Assembly: GCF_016127575.1 (NCBI RefSeq)
Contig: NZ_CP066020.1
Location: forward strand, 300,001 to 332,000
DNA: 32,000 bases
Origin: Cupriavidus necator
GTDB lineage: Bacteria > Pseudomonadota > Gammaproteobacteria > Burkholderiales > Burkholderiaceae
Direction: 5' to 3'
The stretch's first letter is position 1; each line of letters begins with the position of its first letter. Of the stretch, positions 1 through 7,468 are shown in pieces. Under the pieces are notes generated by a model that searched no databases, was not told the DNA's origin, and saw only the letters and a program-made list of their open reading frames with translations. Made by a program: the position numbers and the translations under genes.

Positions 1-935
1 TTCGAATCGCCGTAGGTCTTGAACTTGCCCGCCTGCACCGCCGCCTCGATACGAGCGATGTTGAAGAATACGCAGGCATCGCGCTCGGCGGACATCATGT
101 CCTCGAAGTGCGCGCCGTTTTCCGTGTTGTACTGGTTGGTCGCCGCCAGCTTGCCGTCATAGGAGGTGGCCACCAGGTCGCAGTTGCCGTCGATCAGCAC
201 CTGCCAGCGCACCGCCATCGTCTCGGCGTCCACGCAGGTGAACAGGCTGCGGTACTTGCCGGCATCCTCGGTCGGCGCACTGGGCAGCGGAATGCCAAAC
301 TCGCCGCCGCAGAACACGCGTGTGGTGTAGTTGATCTTCGTGTCGACCGGATCCCGCTTGTCCGGGAAGATGCCGTGGAAGCCCTGCACATTGGGCAACT
401 CGGTGATCTTGTCGCAGATGAAGTAGTCGAGGCGGATGCGCGCGATGCGGGAATTGATCTTGTCGTTGACCCAGGCATAGCGGCCGTCGTAGTTGCCGTC
501 CTTGTACGAAGCATGGGTATGGTGGGTATCGGCCACCGTGTAGCGCAGCGTGCCGTCCGGCCGGGCGCCCATCACCTTCTTCGATTCATTGGTAATGCCC
601 CAGCCGACCAGCGCATCGGGCACGAAGCACGGGATGCGCAGGATCTCGCGCCCCGACGGCAGCCCCAGCACGCGCATGTCGCCGGTATGCCCGCCGCTCC
701 AGAGGCCATAGTACGTATCCAGTTCCCCGGGCTTGAGGTGCACGGACGCGCCTGCGCCGTGCGCGGCCCCGTGTGCCCCGCTTGCCGGTGCGCCAACGGC
801 CGCCGCCGCGGGCGCGGCGCCCTTGTCTGTGCAGGCGACCACCCCCGCTAGGCCGGCCAGCGCTGCCGTGCCGAGAAACTGGCGGCGACCGATACCGCCT
901 GGACCGTTGCCGATCGATGCCTTCTCTTTGCTCAT
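1..935 (-). CDS. nosZ: Nitrous-oxide reductase NosZ, N-terminal part (gene continues beyond the left window edge)
   Basis: Not in the ORF track because it is open at the window edge. My own reverse-complement translation from ATG at 935-933 gives MSKEKASIGNGPGGIGRRQFLGTAALAGLAGVVA..., with a twin-arginine signal RRQFLG. It continues HLKPGELDTYYGLWSGGHTGDMRVLGLPSGREILRIPCF...ADTHHTHASYKDGNYDGRYAWVNDK, typical of the clade I NosZ beta-propeller N-terminus. Confidence 0.92.
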   Translation of the reverse strand, partial: MSKEKASIGNGPGGIGRRQFLGTAALAGLAGVVACTDKGAAPAAAAVGAPASGAHGAAHGAGASVHLKPGELDTYYGLWSGGHTGDMRVLGLPSGREILRIPCFVPDALVGWGITNESKKVMGARPDGTLRYTVADTHHTHASYKDGNYDGRYAWVNDKINSRIARIRLDYFICDKITELPNVQGFHGIFPDKRDPVDTKINYTTRVFCGGEFGIPLPSAPTEDAGKYRSLFTCVDAETMAVRWQVLIDGNCDLVATSYDGKLAATNQYNTENGAHFEDMMSAERDACVFFNIARIEAAVQAGKFKTYGDS

Positions 936-1029
936 GGAGAACCCTCGAAGAGATATGTGCCGGAATCACCGGCTGTTTTGCAGATGTTTGTGAACAGGCG
1001 AATCTTCGAAGTTCCGGACCAGTCTGAAC

Positions 1030-1043
1030 TTGACTCGAATCAA
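1030..1043. promoter_or_regulatory. Near-consensus FNR/Dnr-type box TTGACtcgaATCAA in the divergent nosZ / cytochrome-nosX intergenic region
   Basis: Read directly: TTGAC (1030-1034), TCGA, ATCAA (1039-1043). This matches 9 of 10 positions of TTGAT-N4-ATCAA. The centre is about 100 bp from the nosZ ATG (935) and about 110 bp from the cytochrome ATG (1147). Confidence 0.6.
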
Positions 1044-1146
1044 AAGGCAACAAAACAAGTAGAAAAATGCATGAATAAGGCCGGCACCGTGCAACCACTG
1101 CACGCCTCTGCTTCTTAGAATGGATGCCACACAAACGGAGCATCTG

Positions 1147-1545
1147 ATGAGCAAGAGGAAGATCGTGGTATTGGGCATGGGCATCATCGTTCAGGCACTG
1201 GTCGCCTGCGGCAAGCAGACACCGGCCGAGCCCGCGGCGGCGGCCCCCGCACCAGAGCCGGCAGCAGCAGTGGCCGCCGCCGCGCCCGTGAACGAGCTGG
1301 GCAAGTCGGTGTATGGCAAGACCTGCGCGATGTGCCATGCGGCCGGCGTGGCCGGCGCACCCAAGCCGGGCAACAAGGACGACTGGGGCCCGCGCATCGC
1401 GCAGGGCAACGACACGCTCTACAAGCACGCGCTCGAAGGCTTCACCGGCAGCAAGGGCATGATGCCGGCGCGCGGCGGCAGTACCTCGCTGCAGGACGGC
1501 GACGTCAAGGCCGCCGTCGACTTCATGGTGGCGCAATCGCACTGA
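1147..1545 (+). CDS. Lipoprotein-anchored monohaem c-type cytochrome (c5/class I-like), possible NosC-type electron donor
   Basis: ORF 1120..1545. I prefer the start MSKRKIVVLGMG at 1147. It has a lipobox LVACGK, an Ala/Pro-rich tether, a single CXXCH (CAMCH), and a distal Met in GMMPARGG. It lies next to nosZ and nosX. Confidence 0.8.
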   Translation: MSKRKIVVLGMGIIVQALVACGKQTPAEPAAAAPAPEPAAAVAAAAPVNELGKSVYGKTCAMCHAAGVAGAPKPGNKDDWGPRIAQGNDTLYKHALEGFTGSKGMMPARGGSTSLQDGDVKAAVDFMVAQSH

Positions 1546-1554
1546 CGCATCGAC

Positions 1555-2583
1555 ATGAACGCTTCCCGTCCTGACAGGCCGAACCCGGGACGGCGGCGGC
1601 TGCTGTGCGCATGGCCGCTGCTTGCCACGGGCTTATGGATCCGGCCCGCACTGGCCGACCCGCGCGTAGCACAGTCGTCGCGCACGCTGATGGGTACCCG
1701 CGTCGACATCACCGTGCAAGCCCGCCATGCCGACACCGCGGCGCCGGCGATGGCGGCGGCCTGGGCCGAGATGGCGCGGCTCGCCGACCTGATGAGTCGC
1801 TACCGCGTCGGCAGCCAGGTCCACGCGCTGCAACTGGCGGCGGGCGTGCAGCCCGTGAAGGTCGCGCCGGAGATGCTGCGCGTACTCGGCATGGCAAACC
1901 GGATGTCCCGGCGCAGTGCCGGCGCGTTCGACATCACCGTCGGCGCCTTCGCCGGCTGGAACTTCGATCCGGCCCACCCGGCAATGCCGGACCAGGCCGA
2001 GATCGCACGCGAACTGCCGCTGGTGAACTATCGCGACGTGGTGGTCGATCCCCGCGCTGAGACTGCCTTCCTGCGCCGGCAGGGCATGCGGATCGATCTG
2101 GGCGGCATTGCCAAGCTGCCGGTCCTGCAGGCCGGCATGGATGTCCTGCGGCAACACGGCCTTGACGGTGCGATGATCAACGGTGGCGGCGACGTGCTGG
2201 TCAGCGGCGCGCTGCAGGGGCGTGCATGGCGCATCGGCGTGCGCGACCCGCTCGCGCCAGCGCGACTGACCGGCGTGATCGCCATGCACGACGGCCTGGT
2301 CGCCGCATCAGGCGACTACGAACGCTGCTTCATGCAAGCCGGGCGCAGGTACCACCATATCCTCGACCCCGGCACCGGCATGCCGAGCGCGGGGCCGCAC
2401 GGCGTGACACTGGTGGCGCGCGGCGTGGACGACATCAACGGGCTCGGCGCTGCCATCATGGTGGCAGGCGAGACCGCGGGCCGGCACTGGCTGGAGGCAT
2501 TGCCCGGCGTCGACGCCATGATCGTCGGGCCCGGCGGGCGGCGCTGGCTGTCGGCCGGCATGGCGGGTCGCCTGATCGGCTGA
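1555..2583 (+). CDS. nosX: ApbE-family FAD:protein FMN transferase (NosX-like), Tat-exported
   Basis: 342 aa. It has a Tat-like signal GRRRLLCAWPLLATGLW..ALA. ApbE hallmarks are present: TLMGTRVDITV, DITVGA, IDLGGIAKL, ASGDYER and HHILDPGTG. It starts 10 nt after the cytochrome gene stop. Confidence 0.85.
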   Translation: MNASRPDRPNPGRRRLLCAWPLLATGLWIRPALADPRVAQSSRTLMGTRVDITVQARHADTAAPAMAAAWAEMARLADLMSRYRVGSQVHALQLAAGVQPVKVAPEMLRVLGMANRMSRRSAGAFDITVGAFAGWNFDPAHPAMPDQAEIARELPLVNYRDVVVDPRAETAFLRRQGMRIDLGGIAKLPVLQAGMDVLRQHGLDGAMINGGGDVLVSGALQGRAWRIGVRDPLAPARLTGVIAMHDGLVAASGDYERCFMQAGRRYHHILDPGTGMPSAGPHGVTLVARGVDDINGLGAAIMVAGETAGRHWLEALPGVDAMIVGPGGRRWLSAGMAGRLIG

Positions 2584-2602
2584 CTGCACGCCTGGCAATG
2601 GC

Positions 2603-2622
2603 GGCCGCACAGGCGTGCGGCC
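2603..2622. terminator. GC-rich hairpin between convergent nosX and ubiT (possible bidirectional terminator)
   Basis: GGCCGCAC-aggc-GTGCGGCC is a perfect 8-bp stem with a 4-nt loop. Only a TT follows, so it is not a canonical intrinsic terminator. Confidence 0.4.
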
Positions 2623-2661
2623 TTCCCTCACAGGCTGTTTGAGAATCCCGCGGTCCCCGCA

Positions 2662-3105
2662 TCAGCCGGGCACTGCCCGGCCAAGCATTCGCGACACCAC
2701 GTCGCCAACCCACGCCGGCCGCGGCGCGGCATCGAGCCAGTATTTCACTTCCAGCCCGAGCGCGGTGTCGCCGCTGATCACCAGCTTGCGCTGGAAGAAC
2801 AGCGTATCGGTATCGGCTTCGCCGCCCAGCAGGCGAAGATAGTCGACCGCGCGTGCGCGCAGCGTCAGCGCGGGGGCGGAACCATCCGAGCGGCCGGTAT
2901 GGAAGCGCCCGCCCTCGCAGCGAAATGGCACGTCCAGCCCCAGATCTTCCACCGTCAGCAGGAAGCTGTGCCCATCGAGCGCCGCCGGCGGTTCGAGCCA
3001 ACCGGCACGGCGCGCGATTTCCAGCGCGGCAACCAGCGGCAGCGCGCAGGCACGTGCCGGCATGCGGCGATGCACGCCCGCCATCAGCGTTTGCAGTACA
3101 CTCAC
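2662..3105 (-). CDS. ubiT: SCP2-domain lipid-binding protein UbiT (YhbT-like), O2-independent ubiquinone synthesis accessory factor
   Basis: This is the C-terminal 147 codons of ORF 2662..3315. A GTG at 3105 overlaps the ubiV stop (GTGA overlap); an alternative ATG lies at 3084. SCP2-like sequence: LTVEDLGLDVPFRCEGGRF...LTLRARAVDYLRLLGGEADTDTLFFQRKLVISGDTALGLEVKYWLD. The Arg-rich N-terminal extension in the track overlaps ubiV out of frame and is unlikely to be real. Confidence 0.72.
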   Translation of the reverse strand: MSVLQTLMAGVHRRMPARACALPLVAALEIARRAGWLEPPAALDGHSFLLTVEDLGLDVPFRCEGGRFHTGRSDGSAPALTLRARAVDYLRLLGGEADTDTLFFQRKLVISGDTALGLEVKYWLDAAPRPAWVGDVVSRMLGRAVPG

Positions 3106-4043
3106 GTCCGCTCCTCCCACACGATACCGGCCGCGCCGTGCCAGTAGCCATTGCAGGGCTGCGCGCCGGCGGGCGTGATGCCGGTCGGGGCGGCGGGGCG
3201 TTCGCCGGCGCGTATGGCCGCGAGCGTGGCCACCACATCCAGCGTTCCCGACGCATGCGGACTGACACGCAGCATATCGACGCCCATCGCCGCCATCGAC
3301 ACCGCTTCCCCGCACAGGTCGAGGCAGGTGGCGGACTGCGTCTGCACGCCGTTGAGGGTGAAGAACGGCTGCCCCTCACCGGTGGCGGCAACCAGCCCGT
3401 CCGGATAGTCGAGGCAGCGGAACTCGCAACTGTCCTTGCGCAGGCGGTGATGGCGCGCGGTGAAGCAGCGCGCCGAGAACGCGAGCGGCATGCGGCCCCA
3501 GACCATGGCTTCGAGCGAGACGCCACGGGGGCGCCCCGCCGCCAGTCTGCAGAGCGTAGGCCCATCCATCTCCACCGGCACCGCACAGCCCCTGGCGCCC
3601 AGACCCGCAAGCCACGCCAGCGTATCGGCGTGGTAGACGTTCAGGTGCGGGCCGCCCACGAATGGCCTCCCGCCCATGCAGCGCACCGCGCCGAGGTCGT
3701 TGGCCTCGACCAGGTAGTCATCCTGCTCGCAGACGCGCCGCATCCAGGCGATATCGGTGTCGGACTCGATCAGCACCGGGGTGGACAGCACCACTTCCTT
3801 GCCGGCCTCGCGCAGCATCGTGGCAATTTCCAGCCAGTGCGCATGGCGCAACTCGTGCCGGCGCGTGCAGACGGTCTCGCCGAGATAGACGCGATCAACT
3901 GCCGAATCCGCCGCCGCCGCGTAGAACTGCATCACGGTTTCGCGCGGCCAGTAGTAAAGCAGCGGCCCAAGCGCAATGCCGAAGCGCGGCACGTTGGCGG
4001 CCTGCTGCGCCGGGACGAAGGTTTCAGACATTGGTGCACCCAT
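3102..4043 (-). CDS. ubiV: U32-family protein UbiV (YhbV-like), Fe-S subunit of the anaerobic ubiquinone hydroxylase
   Basis: 313 aa. Sequence blocks LGPLLYYWPRETVMQFY, VYLGETVCTRR and MPLAFSARCFTARHHRLRKDSCEFRC (Cys cluster) resemble E. coli YhbV as I recall it. An alternative start is at 4031 (MSETF). Confidence 0.85.
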   Translation of the reverse strand: MGAPMSETFVPAQQAANVPRFGIALGPLLYYWPRETVMQFYAAAADSAVDRVYLGETVCTRRHELRHAHWLEIATMLREAGKEVVLSTPVLIESDTDIAWMRRVCEQDDYLVEANDLGAVRCMGGRPFVGGPHLNVYHADTLAWLAGLGARGCAVPVEMDGPTLCRLAAGRPRGVSLEAMVWGRMPLAFSARCFTARHHRLRKDSCEFRCLDYPDGLVAATGEGQPFFTLNGVQTQSATCLDLCGEAVSMAAMGVDMLRVSPHASGTLDVVATLAAIRAGERPAAPTGITPAGAQPCNGYWHGAAGIVWEERT

Positions 4044-4085
4044 GGGTAGTCGCGCTCCTGTTCGGGAAATTGTCGGTTGGCGCAG

Positions 4086-5132
4086 TCAGCGCCACGGGCG
4101 GTCGTAGGCGCCTTGCGTGACCTGGTCGCCTTCGGCGTGGCGGCCCAGCGTGCTCTGCCATTCCTGGCGCGGCGCAAAGCGAGCCGGATCGGCGCACGCA
4201 GCGTCGATGGCGGCACGCAGCACGCCCACGACATCGCCCACATAGCGGGGGCTGCGCTGGCGGCCTTCGATCTTGATGGCGGCGATGCCCATGTCGATCA
4301 GCGACGGCAGCAGCGACAGCGCATTGAGACTGGTCGGCTCCTCCAGCACATAGCCGCGTTCGCCTTCCACTTCGAAGCGCCCCTTGCACAGCGTGGGGTA
4401 GCCGGCCGGCTCGCCGGGCGCGTAGCTGTCGATCAGGATGCCCGACAGCCTGGCGTGCAGGGTGCCGTCCTGCTCGGTCCAGCGCACCGCGTGCGCGGGC
4501 GAGCAAACGCCCTTGTTGTTGGGCGAATCGCCGGTGGCGTAGGACGACAGCAGGCAACGCCCCTCGGCCATCACGCACAGGCTGCCAAAGCCGAAGACCT
4601 CCAGCTCCACGCTGGTCTGGCGCGCCAGCTTGCCGATCTGCGCCAGCGACAGCACGCGCGGCAGCACCACGCGGCGGATATTGAAGCGTTCGCGCATCAG
4701 TTCGATGGCATCGGCATGGGTGGCCGAGCCCTGCACGGACAAATGCAGGCGCAGGTCGGGGTGGCGCTGGCTGGCGTAGCCCATCAGCCCGGCATCGGCC
4801 ATGATCACTGCATCGGCACCCAGGTCCGCGGCGGCGTCCACCGCCCGGTGCCATTGCCCGACCGCGCCCATCTGCGCAAAGGTGTTGATGGCGAACAGCA
4901 CCTCGGCGCCGCGCGCATGGGCTTCGGCCACGCCGGTGCGGATGTCGGCCTCGGTGAAATTCAGTCCGCCGAAGTTGCGCGCATTGGTGGCGTCGCGCAG
5001 CCCCAGGTAGACGGCGTCGGCGCCGTGCTGCAGCGCCATGCGCAAGGCGGCCAGCGAGCCAGCCGGCGCTACCAGTTGCGGGCGGCGCGGCGGTTGCGGC
5101 TCGGCCGGCGATTCGGGAGAAGAGAACTTCAT
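4086..5132 (-). CDS. ubiU: U32-family protein UbiU (YhbU-like), Fe-S subunit of the anaerobic ubiquinone hydroxylase
   Basis: Internal ATG at 5132 of ORF 4086..5393 (MKFSSPESPA...). Blocks LVAPAGSLAALRMALQHGADAVYLGLRDATNARNFGGLNFTE, LHLSVQGSATH and RVVLPRVLSL closely parallel E. coli YhbU. The 87-codon upstream extension in the track has implausible composition. Confidence 0.88.
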   Translation of the reverse strand: MKFSSPESPAEPQPPRRPQLVAPAGSLAALRMALQHGADAVYLGLRDATNARNFGGLNFTEADIRTGVAEAHARGAEVLFAINTFAQMGAVGQWHRAVDAAADLGADAVIMADAGLMGYASQRHPDLRLHLSVQGSATHADAIELMRERFNIRRVVLPRVLSLAQIGKLARQTSVELEVFGFGSLCVMAEGRCLLSSYATGDSPNNKGVCSPAHAVRWTEQDGTLHARLSGILIDSYAPGEPAGYPTLCKGRFEVEGERGYVLEEPTSLNALSLLPSLIDMGIAAIKIEGRQRSPRYVGDVVGVLRAAIDAACADPARFAPRQEWQSTLGRHAEGDQVTQGAYDRPWR

Positions 5133-5203
5133 GTCGGGAATGGCCGCTGCCGGCGCGAGGATCTGACCAGCCGAGATGTTAGCGAGGCACCACGCCCGTG
5201 AGC

Positions 5204-5217
5204 TTGATCGTGCGCAA
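5204..5217. promoter_or_regulatory. Candidate FNR/ANR half-degenerate box TTGATcgtgCGCAA upstream of ubiU
   Basis: Read directly. The left half is perfect and the right half matches 3 of 5. The centre is about 78 bp upstream of the ubiU ATG (5132), which is compatible with a class II site plus a short leader. Confidence 0.35.
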
Positions 5218-5294
5218 ATTGCGACTGACCACGTCAGCGATGCCCGCCGCCTACGCCGATCGGCGTACGCCGTTGGCAGGCAGCTGGCCCGGCA

Positions 5295-5308
5295 TTGACC
5301 TGCGGCAA
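5295..5308. promoter_or_regulatory. Candidate FNR/ANR-like box TTGACctgcGGCAA upstream of the NMO-family gene
   Basis: Read directly. The centre is about 80 bp upstream of the ATG at 5382, mirroring the ubiU-proximal box in the same divergent intergenic region. Confidence 0.3.
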
Positions 5309-5381
5309 ACACCGGCCGCTGCCGCTGTGCCACGCTTGGCCAACTATCCGCACGCGGCGGCATCACTTGAGCGAGATCGAC

Positions 5382-6560
5382 ATGAAAGAACATTGGCTGA
5401 AGCTAGCCGGGCGCCGGCTGGTGCCGGTCGTACAGGGCGGCATGGGCATCGGCATCTCCGCGCACCGGCTCGCCGGCACGGTCGCCGGCCTGAACGGCAT
5501 GGGCACCATCGCCAGCATCGACCTGCGCCATCATCATCCGGACCTGCTCGCGCAGACGCGCGGCACGCGCGACAAGCCGCGCATCGAAGCGGCCAACCTA
5601 GTTGCCCTGGACCGCGAGATCAAGGCCGCGCGCGCGCTGTCGGGCGGCCGCGGCATGATCGCGGTCAACGTGATGAAGGCAGTCGGCTCGCATGCGGCAC
5701 TGGTGCGGCAGTCCTGCGAAAGCGGTGCGGATGCGATCGTGATGGGCGCGGGGCTGCCGCTCGACCTGCCCGAACTCACCGCGAACTATCCTAAGGTTGC
5801 CCTGATTCCCATCCTGTCTGAATCGCGCGGCATCGGGCTGGTGCTGCGCAAATGGATGAAGAAGGGCCGGCTGCCTGACGCCATCGTGATCGAGCATCCC
5901 AACCACGCGGGCGGCCACCTGGGCGCGCCGGCCATCCAGGAACTCGGCGAAGCGCGCTTCTCTTTCTCGCGCGTGCTCGCCGAATGCCGCGAGCTGTTCG
6001 CCTCACTGGGCCTGGCTTGGGAAAGCATTCCGCTGATCCTGGCCGGCGGCATCGACAGCCACGCCAAGGTCCGCCACTGGATCGGCCAGGGCGCCGCCGC
6101 CGTGCAGCTGGGCACGGCGTTCGCGGTGACCGAGGAATGCGATGCGCACCCCGCGTTCAAGCAGGTGCTGGCCACCGCACGCCCGGAATCGTTGCGCGAG
6201 TTCACCAGCGTGGCCGGCCTGCCGGCGCGCGCAGTGCTCACGCCCTGGCTCAGCCGTTACCTGTCGAGCGAAGCCAAATTGCAGCGCCGTGCCAAGGTAC
6301 GCGAGTGCCTGGAAGGCTTCGACTGCCTGCAGTCGTGCGGCCTGCGCGACGGCATCGCCCGCATTGGCCAGTTCTGCATCGACCTCAAGCTGTCGCAAGC
6401 GGTGCGCGGCGACGTGGAGCGCGGCCTGTTCTTCCGCGGCAAGGGCGCGCTGCCGTTCGGCGAGGCGATCCGGCCCGTGGCGGAACTGATGCATTACCTG
6501 CTCACCGGCGAGAAGCCTGCCGCGCTGGCGGCAACGTCGGCGCCGGCCATGGCGGCCTGA
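5382..6560 (+). CDS. NMO/FabK-family FMN-dependent oxidoreductase (nitronate monooxygenase / enoyl-ACP reductase II-like) with a Cys-rich C-terminal extension
   Basis: Internal ATG at 5382 of ORF 5295..6560 (MKEHWLKLAGRRLVPVVQGGMGIGIS). TIM-barrel flavoprotein motifs are QGGMG, AIVMGAGLP, IVIEHPNHAGGHLG, ILAGGI and AVQLGTAF. The C-terminal region carries C-x5-C-x3-C-x12-C (ECLEGFDCLQSCGLRDGIARIGQFC). Confidence 0.85.
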   Translation: MKEHWLKLAGRRLVPVVQGGMGIGISAHRLAGTVAGLNGMGTIASIDLRHHHPDLLAQTRGTRDKPRIEAANLVALDREIKAARALSGGRGMIAVNVMKAVGSHAALVRQSCESGADAIVMGAGLPLDLPELTANYPKVALIPILSESRGIGLVLRKWMKKGRLPDAIVIEHPNHAGGHLGAPAIQELGEARFSFSRVLAECRELFASLGLAWESIPLILAGGIDSHAKVRHWIGQGAAAVQLGTAFAVTEECDAHPAFKQVLATARPESLREFTSVAGLPARAVLTPWLSRYLSSEAKLQRRAKVRECLEGFDCLQSCGLRDGIARIGQFCIDLKLSQAVRGDVERGLFFRGKGALPFGEAIRPVAELMHYLLTGEKPAALAATSAPAMAA

Positions 6561-6672
6561 GGCTAGCGGGCCACCGATGCATTCCACCCCCTGACTCGCC
6601 ATCCTTATGCTTATTTCAGCGGCAAGCGCATCCTGATCACCGGGTTGATCTCGAACCAGATGATCGCCTTTG
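6453..6672 (+). repeat. Direct repeat copy A: authentic 3' end of the NMO gene, the intergenic spacer, and a degenerate fabI 5' fragment
   Basis: It aligns by eye with 7250..7468. The start ccgttcgg(c/g)ga..gatccggcccgtggcggaactgatgca..acctgctcaccggcgaga is shared. Shared internal blocks are gcggcctgaggc, attccaccc and aagcgcatcctgatcaccggg. Confidence 0.85.
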
Positions 6673-6694
6673 TCCTTCGGCGATCGCGTCTTGA
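6611..6694 (+). pseudogene. Remnant of a fabI 5' end (no in-frame start, homology stops after about 20 codons)
   Basis: Hand translation gives ..YFSGKRILITGLISNQMIAFVL.., compared with the intact FabI N-terminus MGILSGKRILITGMLSNRSIAFGI at 7402. No ATG lies in that frame, and the sequence diverges after AF. Confidence 0.6.
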
Positions 6695-6736
6695 AGGCGT
6701 CGCCCTATTCCTATCATCAAGTCCAAAGGGATCTCA

Positions 6737-7186
6737 ATGTCCAAGTCTGACACCACATCCTTACCCCTCGTCTACGCCTGCTCCGGCTGCTCCAGCGTAG
6801 CGCAACTCGCCAACACCGTCGCAGTACGGCTGGATCGCGGCGGGTTGGCCGAGATGTCGTGCATCAGCGGGGTAGGCGGCGGCGTTCCCGCGCTCACCAG
6901 GGTGGCCCGCTCGGGCCGCCCGATCCTGGCGCTGGACGGCTGCCCGCTCGCCTGCGTGAAAGCCTGCCTGGCCAGCGCGGGTGTTGCGCCCGCTCAGCAT
7001 CTGGTGCTCAACCGCCTAGGCGCCACTAAGCGACAGCATGGCGAATGCAGTGAAGCGGAGGCTGGCGCTGTCTGGGCGGCGGTAACTCTGGCACTGTCCG
7101 CCATCAAAGATGCGCCGCCGCAGCTTGCTGACAAATCGGCGGCATTGGTCAAAGCCAACGGGACACTCCGGCACCGATTGCAGTGA
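6737..7186 (+). CDS. DGC-domain (putative Zn/Fe-binding, Cys-rich) protein of unknown function
   Basis: 149 aa. Motifs are YACSGCSS (C-x2-C), MSCISG and LALDGCPLACVKAC (a DGC motif followed by C-x3-C-x3-C). An AAGGGA Shine-Dalgarno lies upstream. The gene sits exactly between the two repeat copies. Confidence 0.7.
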   Translation: MSKSDTTSLPLVYACSGCSSVAQLANTVAVRLDRGGLAEMSCISGVGGGVPALTRVARSGRPILALDGCPLACVKACLASAGVAPAQHLVLNRLGATKRQHGECSEAEAGAVWAAVTLALSAIKDAPPQLADKSAALVKANGTLRHRLQ

Positions 7187-7249
7187 CGACGGCGCTTACT
7201 CCCTTCCCCCCCTCTTGGACGTCACGGGGAGAGGGGTGGGTTGGCTAGG

Positions 7250-7468
7250 CCGTTCGGGGAAAGGATCCGGCCCGTGGCGGAACTGATGCACCACCTGCTC
7301 ACCGGCGAGACGCCGGCAGCGCTGACAGTCGCACCCGCAGGCAGCAGCGGCCTGAGGCAGCCATGATATCGATCCATTCCACCCACTCACCACACATCCC
7401 TATGGGCATTCTCAGTGGGAAGCGCATCCTGATCACCGGGATGCTTTCCAACCGGTCGATCGCGTTTG
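7250..7468 (+). repeat. Direct repeat copy B: orphan NMO-gene 3' tail, the spacer, and the authentic 5' end of fabI
   Basis: Hand translation of 7250 onward gives PFGERIRPVAELMHHLLTGETPAAL.., compared with PFGEAIRPVAELMHYLLTGEKPAAL.. at the real NMO C-terminus. No upstream NMO body precedes it. Confidence 0.85.

Noticed and set aside
586-1542. 318-aa minus-strand ORF spanning the nosZ start, the intergenic region and the cytochrome gene
   Set aside because: It is extremely Arg/Ala/Gly-rich and overlaps two well-supported genes (out of frame with nosZ, antisense to the cytochrome gene). It also crosses an obviously non-coding AT-richer promoter region. This is a typical high-GC shadow ORF.
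2456-4049. Long overlapping ORFs 2456..3610 (-) and 2853..4049 (+) across ubiT/ubiV
   Set aside because: Both have Arg/Pro/Ala-dominated composition and no recognisable motifs. They overlap the U32 and SCP2 genes out of frame or antisense, and those genes have clear family signatures.
4077-5201. 374-aa plus-strand ORF antisense to ubiU
   Set aside because: It is antisense to a gene with strong similarity to YhbU/UbiU. It has no motifs and a GC3-driven open frame.
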